Source: a virus (taxonomy: Duplodnaviria > Caudoviricetes). From it: 63,641 nucleotides of DNA. The notes below the pieces were generated by a model. That model saw only the letters and a program-made list of their open reading frames with translations. It was not told where the DNA came from and made no database searches. This document shows, in pieces, positions 48,834 through 56,886 of the stretch (position 1 is the stretch's first letter; the number at the start of each line of letters is the position of its first letter). The stretch is taken from positions 1 to 63,641 of the IMG/VR virus record IMGVR_UViG_3300015203_000009. The stretch is one strand, 5' to 3'. A program made the position numbers and the translations under genes.

Positions 48834-49092
48834 GGTTTTCGGGTGGCCCCGCGTTTACGGGCGGTTCGGCCAGCTTCAGGATTTCGTCGATGCAGGCTTC
48901 AAAGCCCGTGCGCTCATCCTGCTGGATGCGGCGCTTGGCTTGATTATTAAGTTCGGTGACTAGGGTTCGGGAAAAATTAAGCTGGCGCATCAAGCGCTGG
49001 CCCAGATTCTTCGAGAGAAATTCGCGGAGCTCGGAAGCTTCCTGCACGCCCCACTCGGGAGCGCCCGGCAAAATGGGAATAGGCACGCTCAT
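48826..49092 (-). CDS. Small protein between portal and scaffold
   Basis: Overlap-coupled ORF in a conserved podovirus position. Confidence 0.65.
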   Translation of the reverse strand: MSVPIPILPGAPEWGVQEASELREFLSKNLGQRLMRQLNFSRTLVTELNNQAKRRIQQDERTGFEACIDEILKLAEPPVNAGPPENHA

Positions 49093-51251
49093 GCACCCGG
49101 GGCCACTGGGGCCGGAGCGAGATTGGGCGACGGGGCGGCCGCGAGCGGCGCGGCCTGTGCGGCGGGCGACGCGGCCGAGCCGGGAGCACCGCCCGGCGCA
49201 GCCTGCTGCGCCACCTGCGCCTGCAGCTCTCCGACGTGCTTGGCCACGTCCGTCAATTCCTTCTTCATCTCGCCGAGCTGCGTCTTGTCAATGCCGCTTT
49301 TTTCGAGTTCATTGAAATGCGAGCCCCAGTGCTGCACGACGTTCGCCAGAATTTTGATTGCGTCGGGGTCGCCGCCGCCGGCCTTCTGCGCAATCGGCGT
49401 CACCGTCTGCTTTATCACCTGTATGTGTATCAAGTGGTTGTCGCGCGGGGAGACGGGGACGGGAATGCCCTTGGCGAGAATAACGTTTTCGAACAGCTGC
49501 TCGCGCGCCTGCTCGGCGGGAATCGTCGGGTCGTTGTCCGGCAGGAGCACGGCCTCCGCAAAATCGGCGTTGACGAGGACGGAGAGTTTCTGGCGTTCCA
49601 TCTTCGCGTGGTCGTAGAGCGGGTCGTTGCGGGATTGCTCAGCGAGCAGGACAATTTTCTGGGCGTCGCTCTGGGTGTAGTCTTCCACCGTTCTCAACGC
49701 TGGCTGGTCGGCGAGCTGCTGCAGCTCGCCCTCGGTCATGTAGCGAAGCAGACGTTCGCGCGCCTCCTTCGCATCCGGCTCGGCAACGCCCTTGGCAAAC
49801 AGACGCCGCTGAATCGTGGTGAGGGGGGCACCAAACTGTGTCACGAAACGCGTCTCGATGTCGTCGCGTTTTTCTTCCTCGCGGGAGGCAAAAAGATCGA
49901 CTTCGGCTTTGGTGACACGCTCGCGCTCGAATGTACGCGGAGTAACACCCCCCGCTATTTGGTCGAGCAGCTTCGTGAGCAGGTCGTCCAACATCAAAAA
50001 CTCCTTAATGCCGCTCTCGATCTTGTTCTGCTCCATCGTCGCGTAGTCTGGGAGGAGCACGGTGTTGCCGAGGACAGAGAGCTTGAAGCGCCCAATCTTG
50101 TTCTCGGGCATCTTGATGATGAGCTTGCCGCTCATCTGCAGCCGGTCGACGGTTTCGTTCCGGGCGCGGTCGACGATGTTGGCGAGCTCGTACACCTCGC
50201 GGCCAATTCCTTTGGACCCCATCAGCAGGCCATTGGCCTGCTCGTAGCTCATCAGGTGGAGGCAATCCGAGATTCTATCGAATCTGTCTTCCTTCTCGAA
50301 AAGAATTTTATTCGCGTTGCCGTCGCCGATGTAATGGGAAATTTTCCCGTTGAGCTCCGTAACGAACACATGCCACAAAAACACTTCCTTCGCGCCAGAG
50401 GTCAGAGAGAGGCTGACGCTTGATTCACGGATGGCATCTTCATACCGGCGAAAATCCGTGTACGGCGCGGCCTTCGCGGACGGGATGGAGGCGGGCTTCG
50501 CGTTGTTGATGGCCTCGACGGTTTCGGGAATGTTCCAGCCGGCGTCGCGCGCGTGCTCCAAATCTGTCGCGCTGCCGTCCTCGCCGCGAATCAGACCGGC
50601 GAGTTCGTGCGGCATGACATATTGCATGAACGCCGCAAACTGCACCGAGTCGACATTGTGCTTCGTCCCGTCGGGGAGGAAGGCCTTGTCCTGACGAAAA
50701 TGCACCGGCTTCCAGCTGTCGTTGTCGAGCCACGCAAGGGTCGTCCAGCCGAACGTCGAGTCTTCGGCGGCCACCTCGTTCACGAAATTGTACCAGCCCG
50801 GCCACTTGCGCACGGTGTTCGTAAATTCCTGACGGAAGAGCTCCGTCTTTTTCTTCGCGTCCGGAATGCTGTCCGGCAGCTCGGCGCTGGTCAGATAGCG
50901 AGCGCTCTGGATGGCTTTCGTCAACCTTGACGACACTTTGCCCGTCGTGGTGGACAGGGGCTTAGTCGAAAAATTGCTCTTGTACCCGAGGCCTTCCGCT
51001 TCGAGCTTCGCGTCGTCGTACGGGCGCTCGCTGTTGAGCTTCCCCTGAATGCGGCCGTTCTTCTCGTTCTGTGCCCGGCGCGCCTGCTGCAGGCTCCCAA
51101 TAATGTTGAAAATCTGCGCCGCATCGCTGATGCTGCGCTGACGTGGCTTGCCGAGCCCGCTGGGGCGCAAGTCGGGAGAATTGATTCCGCTGCCGTCGGG
51201 CGCTTGGTCTTCGGAGGTGTTAAGCGACGGCGAGGTGTTTGGGAGGGCCAT
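49089..51251 (-). CDS. Portal protein
   Basis: 720 aa; ERVTKAEV and DNHLIHI motifs; head-module position; class B motif at 51279-51289. Confidence 0.75.
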   Translation of the reverse strand: MALPNTSPSLNTSEDQAPDGSGINSPDLRPSGLGKPRQRSISDAAQIFNIIGSLQQARRAQNEKNGRIQGKLNSERPYDDAKLEAEGLGYKSNFSTKPLSTTTGKVSSRLTKAIQSARYLTSAELPDSIPDAKKKTELFRQEFTNTVRKWPGWYNFVNEVAAEDSTFGWTTLAWLDNDSWKPVHFRQDKAFLPDGTKHNVDSVQFAAFMQYVMPHELAGLIRGEDGSATDLEHARDAGWNIPETVEAINNAKPASIPSAKAAPYTDFRRYEDAIRESSVSLSLTSGAKEVFLWHVFVTELNGKISHYIGDGNANKILFEKEDRFDRISDCLHLMSYEQANGLLMGSKGIGREVYELANIVDRARNETVDRLQMSGKLIIKMPENKIGRFKLSVLGNTVLLPDYATMEQNKIESGIKEFLMLDDLLTKLLDQIAGGVTPRTFERERVTKAEVDLFASREEEKRDDIETRFVTQFGAPLTTIQRRLFAKGVAEPDAKEARERLLRYMTEGELQQLADQPALRTVEDYTQSDAQKIVLLAEQSRNDPLYDHAKMERQKLSVLVNADFAEAVLLPDNDPTIPAEQAREQLFENVILAKGIPVPVSPRDNHLIHIQVIKQTVTPIAQKAGGGDPDAIKILANVVQHWGSHFNELEKSGIDKTQLGEMKKELTDVAKHVGELQAQVAQQAAPGGAPGSAASPAAQAAPLAAAPSPNLAPAPVAPGA

Positions 51252-51253
51252 TC

Positions 51254-51278
51254 AGTGGTGTCTACTTCAGACACCACT
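51254..51278 (-). promoter_or_regulatory. Perfect 10-bp hairpin in the portal leader
   Basis: AGTGGTGTCT-N5-AGACACCACT between the class B motif and the ATG. Confidence 0.75.
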
Positions 51279-51295
51279 AAGTATCGGACCTTTCC

Positions 51296-52327
51296 TCACA
51301 CCCCGAACGGAAGAATGCTTGCGCCCGGGCCGGCTTCTTTTTGTGCCAGCGCGTAGTCGCTGTCCACCATCAGCTTTACCAACTCCTTAAATCTCACTTG
51401 TGGCTGCCAGCCCAGCTTGGCTTCTGCCTTGGCCGGGTTGCCAACTAACAAGTCCACCTCCGCCGGCCGCTCGTAGCGCTCGTCGTGCTTCACGTACTTG
51501 CGCCAATCCAGCGACACCCACTTGAAAGCTTCCTCGACAAATTCGCGGACGGTGTGCGTCTCGTTCGTGGCGACAACATAGTCGTCGGGCTTCTCCTGCT
51601 GCAGCATCAGCCACATCATCTCGACGTATTCCTTGGCATAGCCCCAATCGCGCTTGGCGTCTAGATTTCCGAGAGTGACACTGTCTTGTAAGCCGAGCTT
51701 AATTCTCGTAGCAGCGCGGGTGATTTTTCGGGTGACAAATGTTTCGCCCCGGCGTGGACTTTCGTGATTGAAGAGGATGCCGTTAGAAGCATGAAGTCCA
51801 TAGCTTTCTCGATAGTTAACGGTGAGCCAATACGCGTACACTTTCGCACACCCGTACGGAGAGCGAGGCCAAAAAGGTGTCTGCTCTGTCTGAGGAACCT
51901 GCTGCACCTCGCCAAACATCTCGCTGCTGGCTGCCTGATAATATCGAGCCGTTTTAGCCAAACCAGAATTTCGAATTGCTTCGAGCAGTCGTGCGGTGCC
52001 GAGCCCACACACATCCCCTGTGTACTCGGGGACGTCGAAGGAGACACGCACGTGGCTCTGGGCTCCGAGATTGTAGATTTCGTCCGGGGCGATTTTGTAC
52101 AATAGGTTGGTGAGGGCGCTGCCGTCGCAGAGGTCGCCAAAGTGGAGGAAAAAGGAAACATTGTTGATTGCTGGGTTGTTGACGAGGTGGTCGATGCGGC
52201 CCGTGTTGAAGCTCGACGAGCGGCGCAGGAGCCCGTGCACCTCGTAGCCTTTTGCAAGGAGGAAGTCGGCGAGATAGCTGCCGTCTTGGCCCGTGATGCC
52301 AGTGATAAATGCGACGCGTTTTTTCAT
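51296..52327 (-). CDS. gmd: GDP-mannose 4,6-dehydratase
   Basis: [62 protein letters not shown]. Confidence 0.97.
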   Translation of the reverse strand: MKKRVAFITGITGQDGSYLADFLLAKGYEVHGLLRRSSSFNTGRIDHLVNNPAINNVSFFLHFGDLCDGSALTNLLYKIAPDEIYNLGAQSHVRVSFDVPEYTGDVCGLGTARLLEAIRNSGLAKTARYYQAASSEMFGEVQQVPQTEQTPFWPRSPYGCAKVYAYWLTVNYRESYGLHASNGILFNHESPRRGETFVTRKITRAATRIKLGLQDSVTLGNLDAKRDWGYAKEYVEMMWLMLQQEKPDDYVVATNETHTVREFVEEAFKWVSLDWRKYVKHDERYERPAEVDLLVGNPAKAEAKLGWQPQVRFKELVKLMVDSDYALAQKEAGPGASILPFGV

Positions 52328-52419
52328 GTGTGCTTAAGCGGAGGAAAATTATCATCATTCATCATCACGAGGATGAGGACAAGGATGATGCACCAAGAGA
52401 CGAGCTGGCCCTCACTCAT
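52324..52419 (-). CDS. 31-aa single-TM peptide
   Basis: [20 protein letters not shown]...; TGA overlaps the gmd ATG. Confidence 0.45.
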   Translation of the reverse strand: MSEGQLVSWCIILVLILVMMNDDNFPPLKHT

Positions 52420-52642
52420 CGAGGCGTGTCAGGGACGTGAAGACGATGTTGTTGCCGTCGAGCACGACACCTTGGTTTGCCTGCTCGGTGACGAGATGCT
52501 GGCGGAGGGTCTGGAGCCGGGCACCGTTCAACGGGAGGGACAGGTCGAGGATGCGGTCGAAGTAGGCCGCATTGCCGGAACGCTTGCCGACAAAGCAAAC
52601 AAGCACGGCGACTTTCGTGGGCTGAATTTTAGGAGTTTTCAT
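52412..52642 (-). CDS. Hypothetical protein
   Basis: MKTPKIQP..., ATGA-coupled. Confidence 0.55.
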   Translation of the reverse strand: MKTPKIQPTKVAVLVCFVGKRSGNAAYFDRILDLSLPLNGARLQTLRQHLVTEQANQGVVLDGNNIVFTSLTRLDE

Positions 52643-53289
52643 TTGGGGGAAATTGGACCGTCGGAGACAGGGGCCGGCGCGTCGGTCTTGAAGTCGACGA
52701 CATCGACGGGCGTGACGTCCTCCAGCGGGGCGCCGAAATGTTTCGGGAAAATGGCGCGGAGCTTTTCTTCCAGCTGCGCGAGTGTCCCGTCGTTCAGAAT
52801 AATTTCGTCCGCGAGGTCGCGCAGGCTCTCGCTGTTGTCCGCGACCTGCGGCTTGCCGGGCGTCTCGACATAAATCGTCAGGGAGCGAATGCCGTTCCAC
52901 TCCAGCCGCTCCTTGGCCTCAATCAACTCGTTCCGACGCCGCACGCCGTCAATGATGTTGTTCCCATTCATGTAGAGCGTGCGAATCAAAATGGACGGGA
53001 TGATGTAAATTTCCTTGTCAAGCTCGTGCGCCGGGCCAGTGAGGGAGGGCAGCTTCCCGACCATGAAATCGCCGGCTTCAATCAGGTCGGGGCGGATGCT
53101 CTCCTTCGGGAGCTCACGCAGCTTGGCCACCGTAGTATTACGCCGCTGCGCGAGAAAGGCGTAGATGACGTCGCTGCAGCTTGCGCCTTTAAGGTGTGTC
53201 AATTTGCACAGCAATTCGCGGACGGTGGTTTTGCCATGGCCGACAGGACCGACAATGAAAAACACCGGGGGATGGGAGGAAGATTGCAT
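52639..53289 (-). CDS. P-loop (dNMP-type) kinase
   Basis: GPVGHGKTT, KE..R..L, IIDGVR..NE, SE, I.NDGTL..L. Confidence 0.8.
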   Translation of the reverse strand: MQSSSHPPVFFIVGPVGHGKTTVRELLCKLTHLKGASCSDVIYAFLAQRRNTTVAKLRELPKESIRPDLIEAGDFMVGKLPSLTGPAHELDKEIYIIPSILIRTLYMNGNNIIDGVRRRNELIEAKERLEWNGIRSLTIYVETPGKPQVADNSESLRDLADEIILNDGTLAQLEEKLRAIFPKHFGAPLEDVTPVDVVDFKTDAPAPVSDGPISPK

Positions 53290-53411
53290 CAATGAAGCAG
53301 GTGGCCGAGATAGAAGAGAAAATTCACGAGGCCGATGAGTGCCATGACGAGCAGGAACGCGAGGCCGGCGACGGCGTAGCGCGGAGGAATCGTAGGGAGG
53401 GCGTCGAGCAT
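53289..53411 (-). CDS. 40-aa membrane peptide
   Basis: MLDALPTIPPRYAVAGLAFLLVMALIGLVNFLFYLGHLLH; stop/start overlap. Confidence 0.5.
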   Translation of the reverse strand: MLDALPTIPPRYAVAGLAFLLVMALIGLVNFLFYLGHLLH

Positions 53412-53412
53412 G

Positions 53413-53622
53413 TTATTTTCGATGGTGCATCCAACGTGAAGCTCGCGTCGCCAGTTTTTCGTCCCACTCCTGTTCGCACCAATCGCTCACTTGTTCCAGC
53501 CGACTCCCGAAGGCCGAAAGAAAATGGAGCACGAGCAGTGGAATAAAAAGCAGAAACAAAAGTGGCAGGGCAACAAGAACGCGGCCCGGAGTGCGACCTC
53601 TCGAATTGAAATAATTTTTCAT
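53413..53622 (-). CDS. Small membrane protein
   Basis: MKNYFNS... with hydrophobic core. Confidence 0.5.
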   Translation of the reverse strand: MKNYFNSRGRTPGRVLVALPLLFLLFIPLLVLHFLSAFGSRLEQVSDWCEQEWDEKLATRASRWMHHRK

Positions 53623-53885
53623 AGACCCGTGGAAAATTTGGTTTGTCTGCCCCACACCTTAACAGGACATTTCTCGGTGGCGAGGAGAGTTTTCACATTC
53701 GCGAAACAAGTGCAAACGAGGCACTGCCCCCTGTGGGCGTCGTAGTTAACGCACTCGCTGCAGCGCCGACGTCGTTCGTCTATTACGTCCGTGCTGGCAA
53801 TAATCGGGGTTTCACGGAACAAGGCGCGCGTGAATTCGACAATGGCCTTGCCGAGGTTGGGAAGCGTGTGCCGGTTGAAAAGCAT
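53619..53885 (-). CDS. Cys-rich small protein (DUF6171-like)
   Basis: ERR..CSEC...QCLVCTCF...K......CP...W. Confidence 0.65.
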   Translation of the reverse strand: MLFNRHTLPNLGKAIVEFTRALFRETPIIASTDVIDERRRRCSECVNYDAHRGQCLVCTCFANVKTLLATEKCPVKVWGRQTKFSTGL

Positions 53886-54190
53886 CAGGCTGGTGCCTCT
53901 GTGATTTTTCCTGTCTCAAGCGCGTGCGCCAATGCCGGAGGAATCAAGCCCGCCGGAGACACGCAACCCGGCAGCGGCGAGGCCAAAGTGAGTCGGAGAT
54001 AGTCACCATAATTGTCCCACATATCCTTCTGCACCAAAAACCGCATTTCAAACCGGGCGTTCTTTCCCCGCATCTGAACCGCTGCCTTGGCAAGCACCGG
54101 CACCAGCACGCGCGACAGTTCGGCGGCCACGGCTTCTTCCGTGGTGTGCCTGTTCATGTCTATATACGAATGCAAACTTGGCTTAAGCAT
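53885..54190 (-). CDS. Hypothetical protein
   Basis: Fills the gap in the operon; start uncertain. Confidence 0.5.
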   Translation of the reverse strand: MLKPSLHSYIDMNRHTTEEAVAAELSRVLVPVLAKAAVQMRGKNARFEMRFLVQKDMWDNYGDYLRLTLASPLPGCVSPAGLIPPALAHALETGKITEAPA

Positions 54191-54770
54191 TTTTCCTCCA
54201 GCATTCGGACGGGACATCCTTGTTATGCGCCGGCAATGTCTTCGCCCAGACGGCCGTGCCGTTGTGCTGGCCAATTGCGGCGCAGGCGCGCAGCTCCCTA
54301 TCGAACGGTGTTTGCCGATTGGCTTTATAAATCATCGACAGCTGCTCAATCGTTTGCAGGCAACTGCCGCAGCCACTGTCGTTGTAGACAATGTTCTTCG
54401 GGCAGCGGCTACATATCTCTGCTCGCCGCTCCGCTTCCGGCTGGCTCACGAGGTCGGTGATGTTGGACGTGCGGAAAAAATTGCTCATCCACTCCGCGAC
54501 GCGCTTGGAAATGTGCTCGCCTCCTTCGAGGGAGGGTTGCACCTGCGCGTTGCCGCCTGTGCAGAAATGCGGCCAGCTCGCGCAGAGCCAATTCCTGTAT
54601 TCTTCCAGCGGATACCCGGGCGGTAGGTTGGCCGCGCTCCTGTGAGTTGCGATGCCCTTCACGACGCTGGCCTCGTCGTGGCCGTCAATGCGGAAGGGCG
54701 TCCCACTCGACGTGTCGATGAAATGAAATCCGCCGGGCGGAATGATGGACGTCTTGGGAACGAGCGTCAT
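54183..54770 (-). CDS. Cys-rich hypothetical protein
   Basis: PPGGFHF; AERRAEICSRCP.N...CGSC; L.AC..; CW. Confidence 0.7.
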   Translation of the reverse strand: MTLVPKTSIIPPGGFHFIDTSSGTPFRIDGHDEASVVKGIATHRSAANLPPGYPLEEYRNWLCASWPHFCTGGNAQVQPSLEGGEHISKRVAEWMSNFFRTSNITDLVSQPEAERRAEICSRCPKNIVYNDSGCGSCLQTIEQLSMIYKANRQTPFDRELRACAAIGQHNGTAVWAKTLPAHNKDVPSECWRKNA

Positions 54771-54949
54771 GGTGGAAAATCTCCGAAGGTGGGGCCGTCT
54801 CCGTAGCCCGACCCAGACAGGTTTTCATGTGAAGACTCGGGGCCGGATTGGGCCAAAGAGTGCCGGAGGATTGCCTCCCGGTTGGAAGCAATCATGGCCT
54901 CCAACTGCGGGTCGGACGGGATGATGGACGTCTTGGGGACGAGCGTCAT
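54742..54949. repeat. 29-bp direct repeat (54742-54770 and 54921-54949, 1 mismatch)
   Basis: atgatggacgtcttggg(a/g)acgagcgtcat. Confidence 0.9.
54767..54949 (-). CDS. 60-aa ORF sharing its first 11 aa with the downstream gene
   Basis: MTLVPKTSIIP start in both; ATGA overlaps at both ends. Confidence 0.5.
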   Translation of the reverse strand: MTLVPKTSIIPSDPQLEAMIASNREAILRHSLAQSGPESSHENLSGSGYGDGPTFGDFPP

Positions 54950-55113
54950 TGGTGTTGCGGCCACCTGTACTTGGTTATGAGCATATCGCGATAAACCACT
55001 TCCCATCGCTCGACTTGTTCAAACACCACAACTTCACCCGTATCCAAAGTAACTGGATACCACGCATACCAACTGTGCCACTCAGGCTCTTCTATTTTAT
55101 CTCTGAGAATCAT
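54946..55113 (-). CDS. 55-aa phage protein (WHxWxAWxPV type)
   Basis: MILRDKIEEPEWHSWYAWYPVTLDTGEVVVFEQVER... Confidence 0.65.
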   Translation of the reverse strand: MILRDKIEEPEWHSWYAWYPVTLDTGEVVVFEQVERWEVVYRDMLITKYRWPQHQ

Positions 55114-55116
55114 TTA

Positions 55117-55368
55117 TTATGCTGGGTCGATTTGCCAAACGCTGTTGGCCGTGTAAAATTTATTTCCCTCGATTTTCTGGATGGCTGAAGAAGTGAAAAC
55201 GCCGGGGCGCTCGACGCCGTTTCGGTTGGTCCGCAACACCTCAATCTTGTGGCCCACTTCGAGCGGAGCCCATAGCGTGCCTTTCAATTCATACCCGGTG
55301 AAAAGCGCTTTCGAATTCTCGGCGTGTGCCGAAAGTTTTTTCAGAGTGATTTCAGTTCCAACGCTCAT
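55117..55368 (-). CDS. Hypothetical protein
   Basis: MSVGTEITL...TSS.IQKI....FYTANSVW. Confidence 0.6.
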   Translation of the reverse strand: MSVGTEITLKKLSAHAENSKALFTGYELKGTLWAPLEVGHKIEVLRTNRNGVERPGVFTSSAIQKIEGNKFYTANSVWQIDPA

Positions 55369-55745
55369 TTGATTTTCGCTTTCCAGCGAATCAAGCAGGA
55401 ATATATCTGGGTGGCGAGGAAGCCACGAAGCAGAGCGGCCGTCTCGCCGCAGCCTTTTGGACCCCACTTGATTTCCCGATATTCGAAGACGTCATCAACA
55501 GCGTGGCTCATCTCGTGGGCAATCAACTCGTGGCTGAGACAGCGGCGTTCGAACATCATCAACCCCTTTCGTCCCCGAGAAATCCACACCCCCGCCGGGT
55601 CAAAATTCTCCGCCACCTCGAAATTGTAGTTCACGTGGGCGTGAAGCTCGCGCTCCTCCACCGTCGCCCGGATACTGTCGCAAAGACAGAGCCGGACGTC
55701 GAAGTCATAGATGGGAAGGGAGAAGTTGTGGAAGAAGGGTTTCAA
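55365..55745 (-). CDS. HExxH-motif protein
   Basis: LIAHEMSHA...E..A.L. Confidence 0.6.
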   Translation of the reverse strand: MKPFFHNFSLPIYDFDVRLCLCDSIRATVEERELHAHVNYNFEVAENFDPAGVWISRGRKGLMMFERRCLSHELIAHEMSHAVDDVFEYREIKWGPKGCGETAALLRGFLATQIYSCLIRWKAKIK

Positions 55746-55751
55746 GAAAAA

Positions 55752-55857
55752 TGGCGATGGGGGCAGGTGCTTGCACCCTGCGCTGCTGAGTCTGCTACCC
55801 GTCAGCCCGGGAACGGTTGCGACCCGTTGTCCGCTTTAATATCTAAGCTACCCCACC
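55752..55857 (-). ncRNA. Aberrant 106-nt tRNA-like RNA
   Basis: GGTGGGG/CCCCATC acceptor, G, CCA; D stem GCTT/AAGC; AACGG/CCGTT; GCTGA/TCAGC; GCAGG/CCTGC. Confidence 0.7.
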
Positions 55858-55865
55858 AAAAGAAG

Positions 55866-56171
55866 TGGACGCGAGGGAAGTCGAATCCCTGTGCTTCTCG
55901 CCTTCTTCGTCGCAGTCAACATGCTTGTAGGGATGCCGGATTTCTCTGACGTCCTCCACCATCCGGGAGCTGGCCCGGCCCATTATACTCTAACGCTGTC
56001 GCTAACAGCGGCCGTTAGGCCGCGAGCTTCATCTGCTCCGGGACCGTGGCCCGGAAATCCACTTCAATGACGTTGTCATTTGATTTTTTGCCACGGCAGA
56101 TTAAAGAGCCGCCATGACGGGCTCTGCATGCAGCGACGCGTTGTTCGAAAAGTAGAATCCAGAACGCGCCC
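55866..56171 (-). ncRNA. ssrA: tmRNA
   Basis: 5' GGGCGCG-TTCTGGATTCTAC; 3' AGGGA-TTCGACT-TCCCT-CGCGTCC-A; G3.U70 pair; tag frame ...NDNVIEVDFRATVPEQMKLAA-stop. Confidence 0.92.
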
Positions 56172-56189
56172 GAAAATTTGAAAGAACGA

Positions 56190-56510
56190 AAAATTGAGCC
56201 GGCGTCGCGAGACAGAATGCGACGCCGGGAGCGTCTGTTCCGCCCTGTCAATGGCCCTCAGGTCCGGCACGTACAAACAACAAGCGTGCCGGGAAATTCT
56301 CCCCTCGGGCTCAGCCCAAAATATTCGGGCAGCCGAGGGGAACGCAATGAAGGCACGTCTGCCAGCCGACCGAGACTACACTCTACTCGGATTCTGATGC
56401 CTCAGGTGTTTCTCGAAGGGAGTCGCTGAATAAGACAGCTTACACCATCGGTTGCGCTGTGCCACAGACCAAGGTCGGGGCGCGTGTGCGTCCCTTATTG
56501 CTGTCAGACA
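56190..56510 (-). ncRNA. Candidate unknown structured RNA
   Basis: Several GC-rich stems between tRNA and tmRNA; no convincing ORF; strand inferred from neighbours. Confidence 0.55.
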
Positions 56511-56514
56511 CAAT

Positions 56515-56589
56515 TGGGTGCGGGGGTCTGAATTGAACAGACGGCCTGAGCGTTATGAGCGCACTGCTCTACCACTGAGCTACCCCGCA
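56515..56589 (-). tRNA. tRNA with CAT anticodon (Met or Ile2)
   Basis: TGCGGGG-TA-GCTC-AGTGGTA-GAGC-A-GTGCG-CTCATAA-CGCTC-AGGCC-GTCTG-TTCAATT-CAGAC-CCCCGCA-C-CCA. Confidence 0.9.
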
Positions 56590-56621
56590 TAATTTTCAAA
56601 AGAACTAAAATCTGAACCACC

Positions 56622-56649
56622 ACCCTAGCACACCAATTCGTTTTGGCGA
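56622..56649 (-). promoter_or_regulatory. Class A promoter TCGCCA-N16-TAGGGT driving the RNA cluster
   Basis: Same motif and spacing, with TGn extension; 32 nt upstream of the tRNA. Confidence 0.7.
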
Positions 56650-56659
56650 GGAAAATCTT

Positions 56660-56860
56660 TCAGTGCTTGTGAAAAAAGTCGTCGAGCTCCCTTTGCTCAA
56701 TGATTTTGTCCACAGCCAAAGCGGTGTGCACGACGACAGATTCCATGGCCCGGCGCTCCTGCCAATAATTGTTCCACGCCCACGCGAGGAAGATGAAAAT
56801 GAAAATGTTTCTGGCCTGACGGATTCGACGTTTTCTAAAGTGGAAGGAGAAAGTTCTCAC
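56660..56860 (-). CDS. Small membrane protein
   Basis: GTG start 6 nt after the class B motif (56867-56877); basic stretch then TM segment. Confidence 0.5.
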   Translation of the reverse strand: MRTFSFHFRKRRIRQARNIFIFIFLAWAWNNYWQERRAMESVVVHTALAVDKIIEQRELDDFFHKH

Positions 56861-56886
56861 GAGAAGAAGTATCGGCCTGCTGGCCG

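Noticed and set aside
56015-56251. 78-aa ORF ending KLAA as a protein gene
   Set aside because: It is the tmRNA tag frame extended upstream through structured RNA
56258-56267. TCAGGTCCGG resembling the SRP RNA core
   Set aside because: The following AAGGAAGCAGC is absent and it lies on the opposite strand to the cluster
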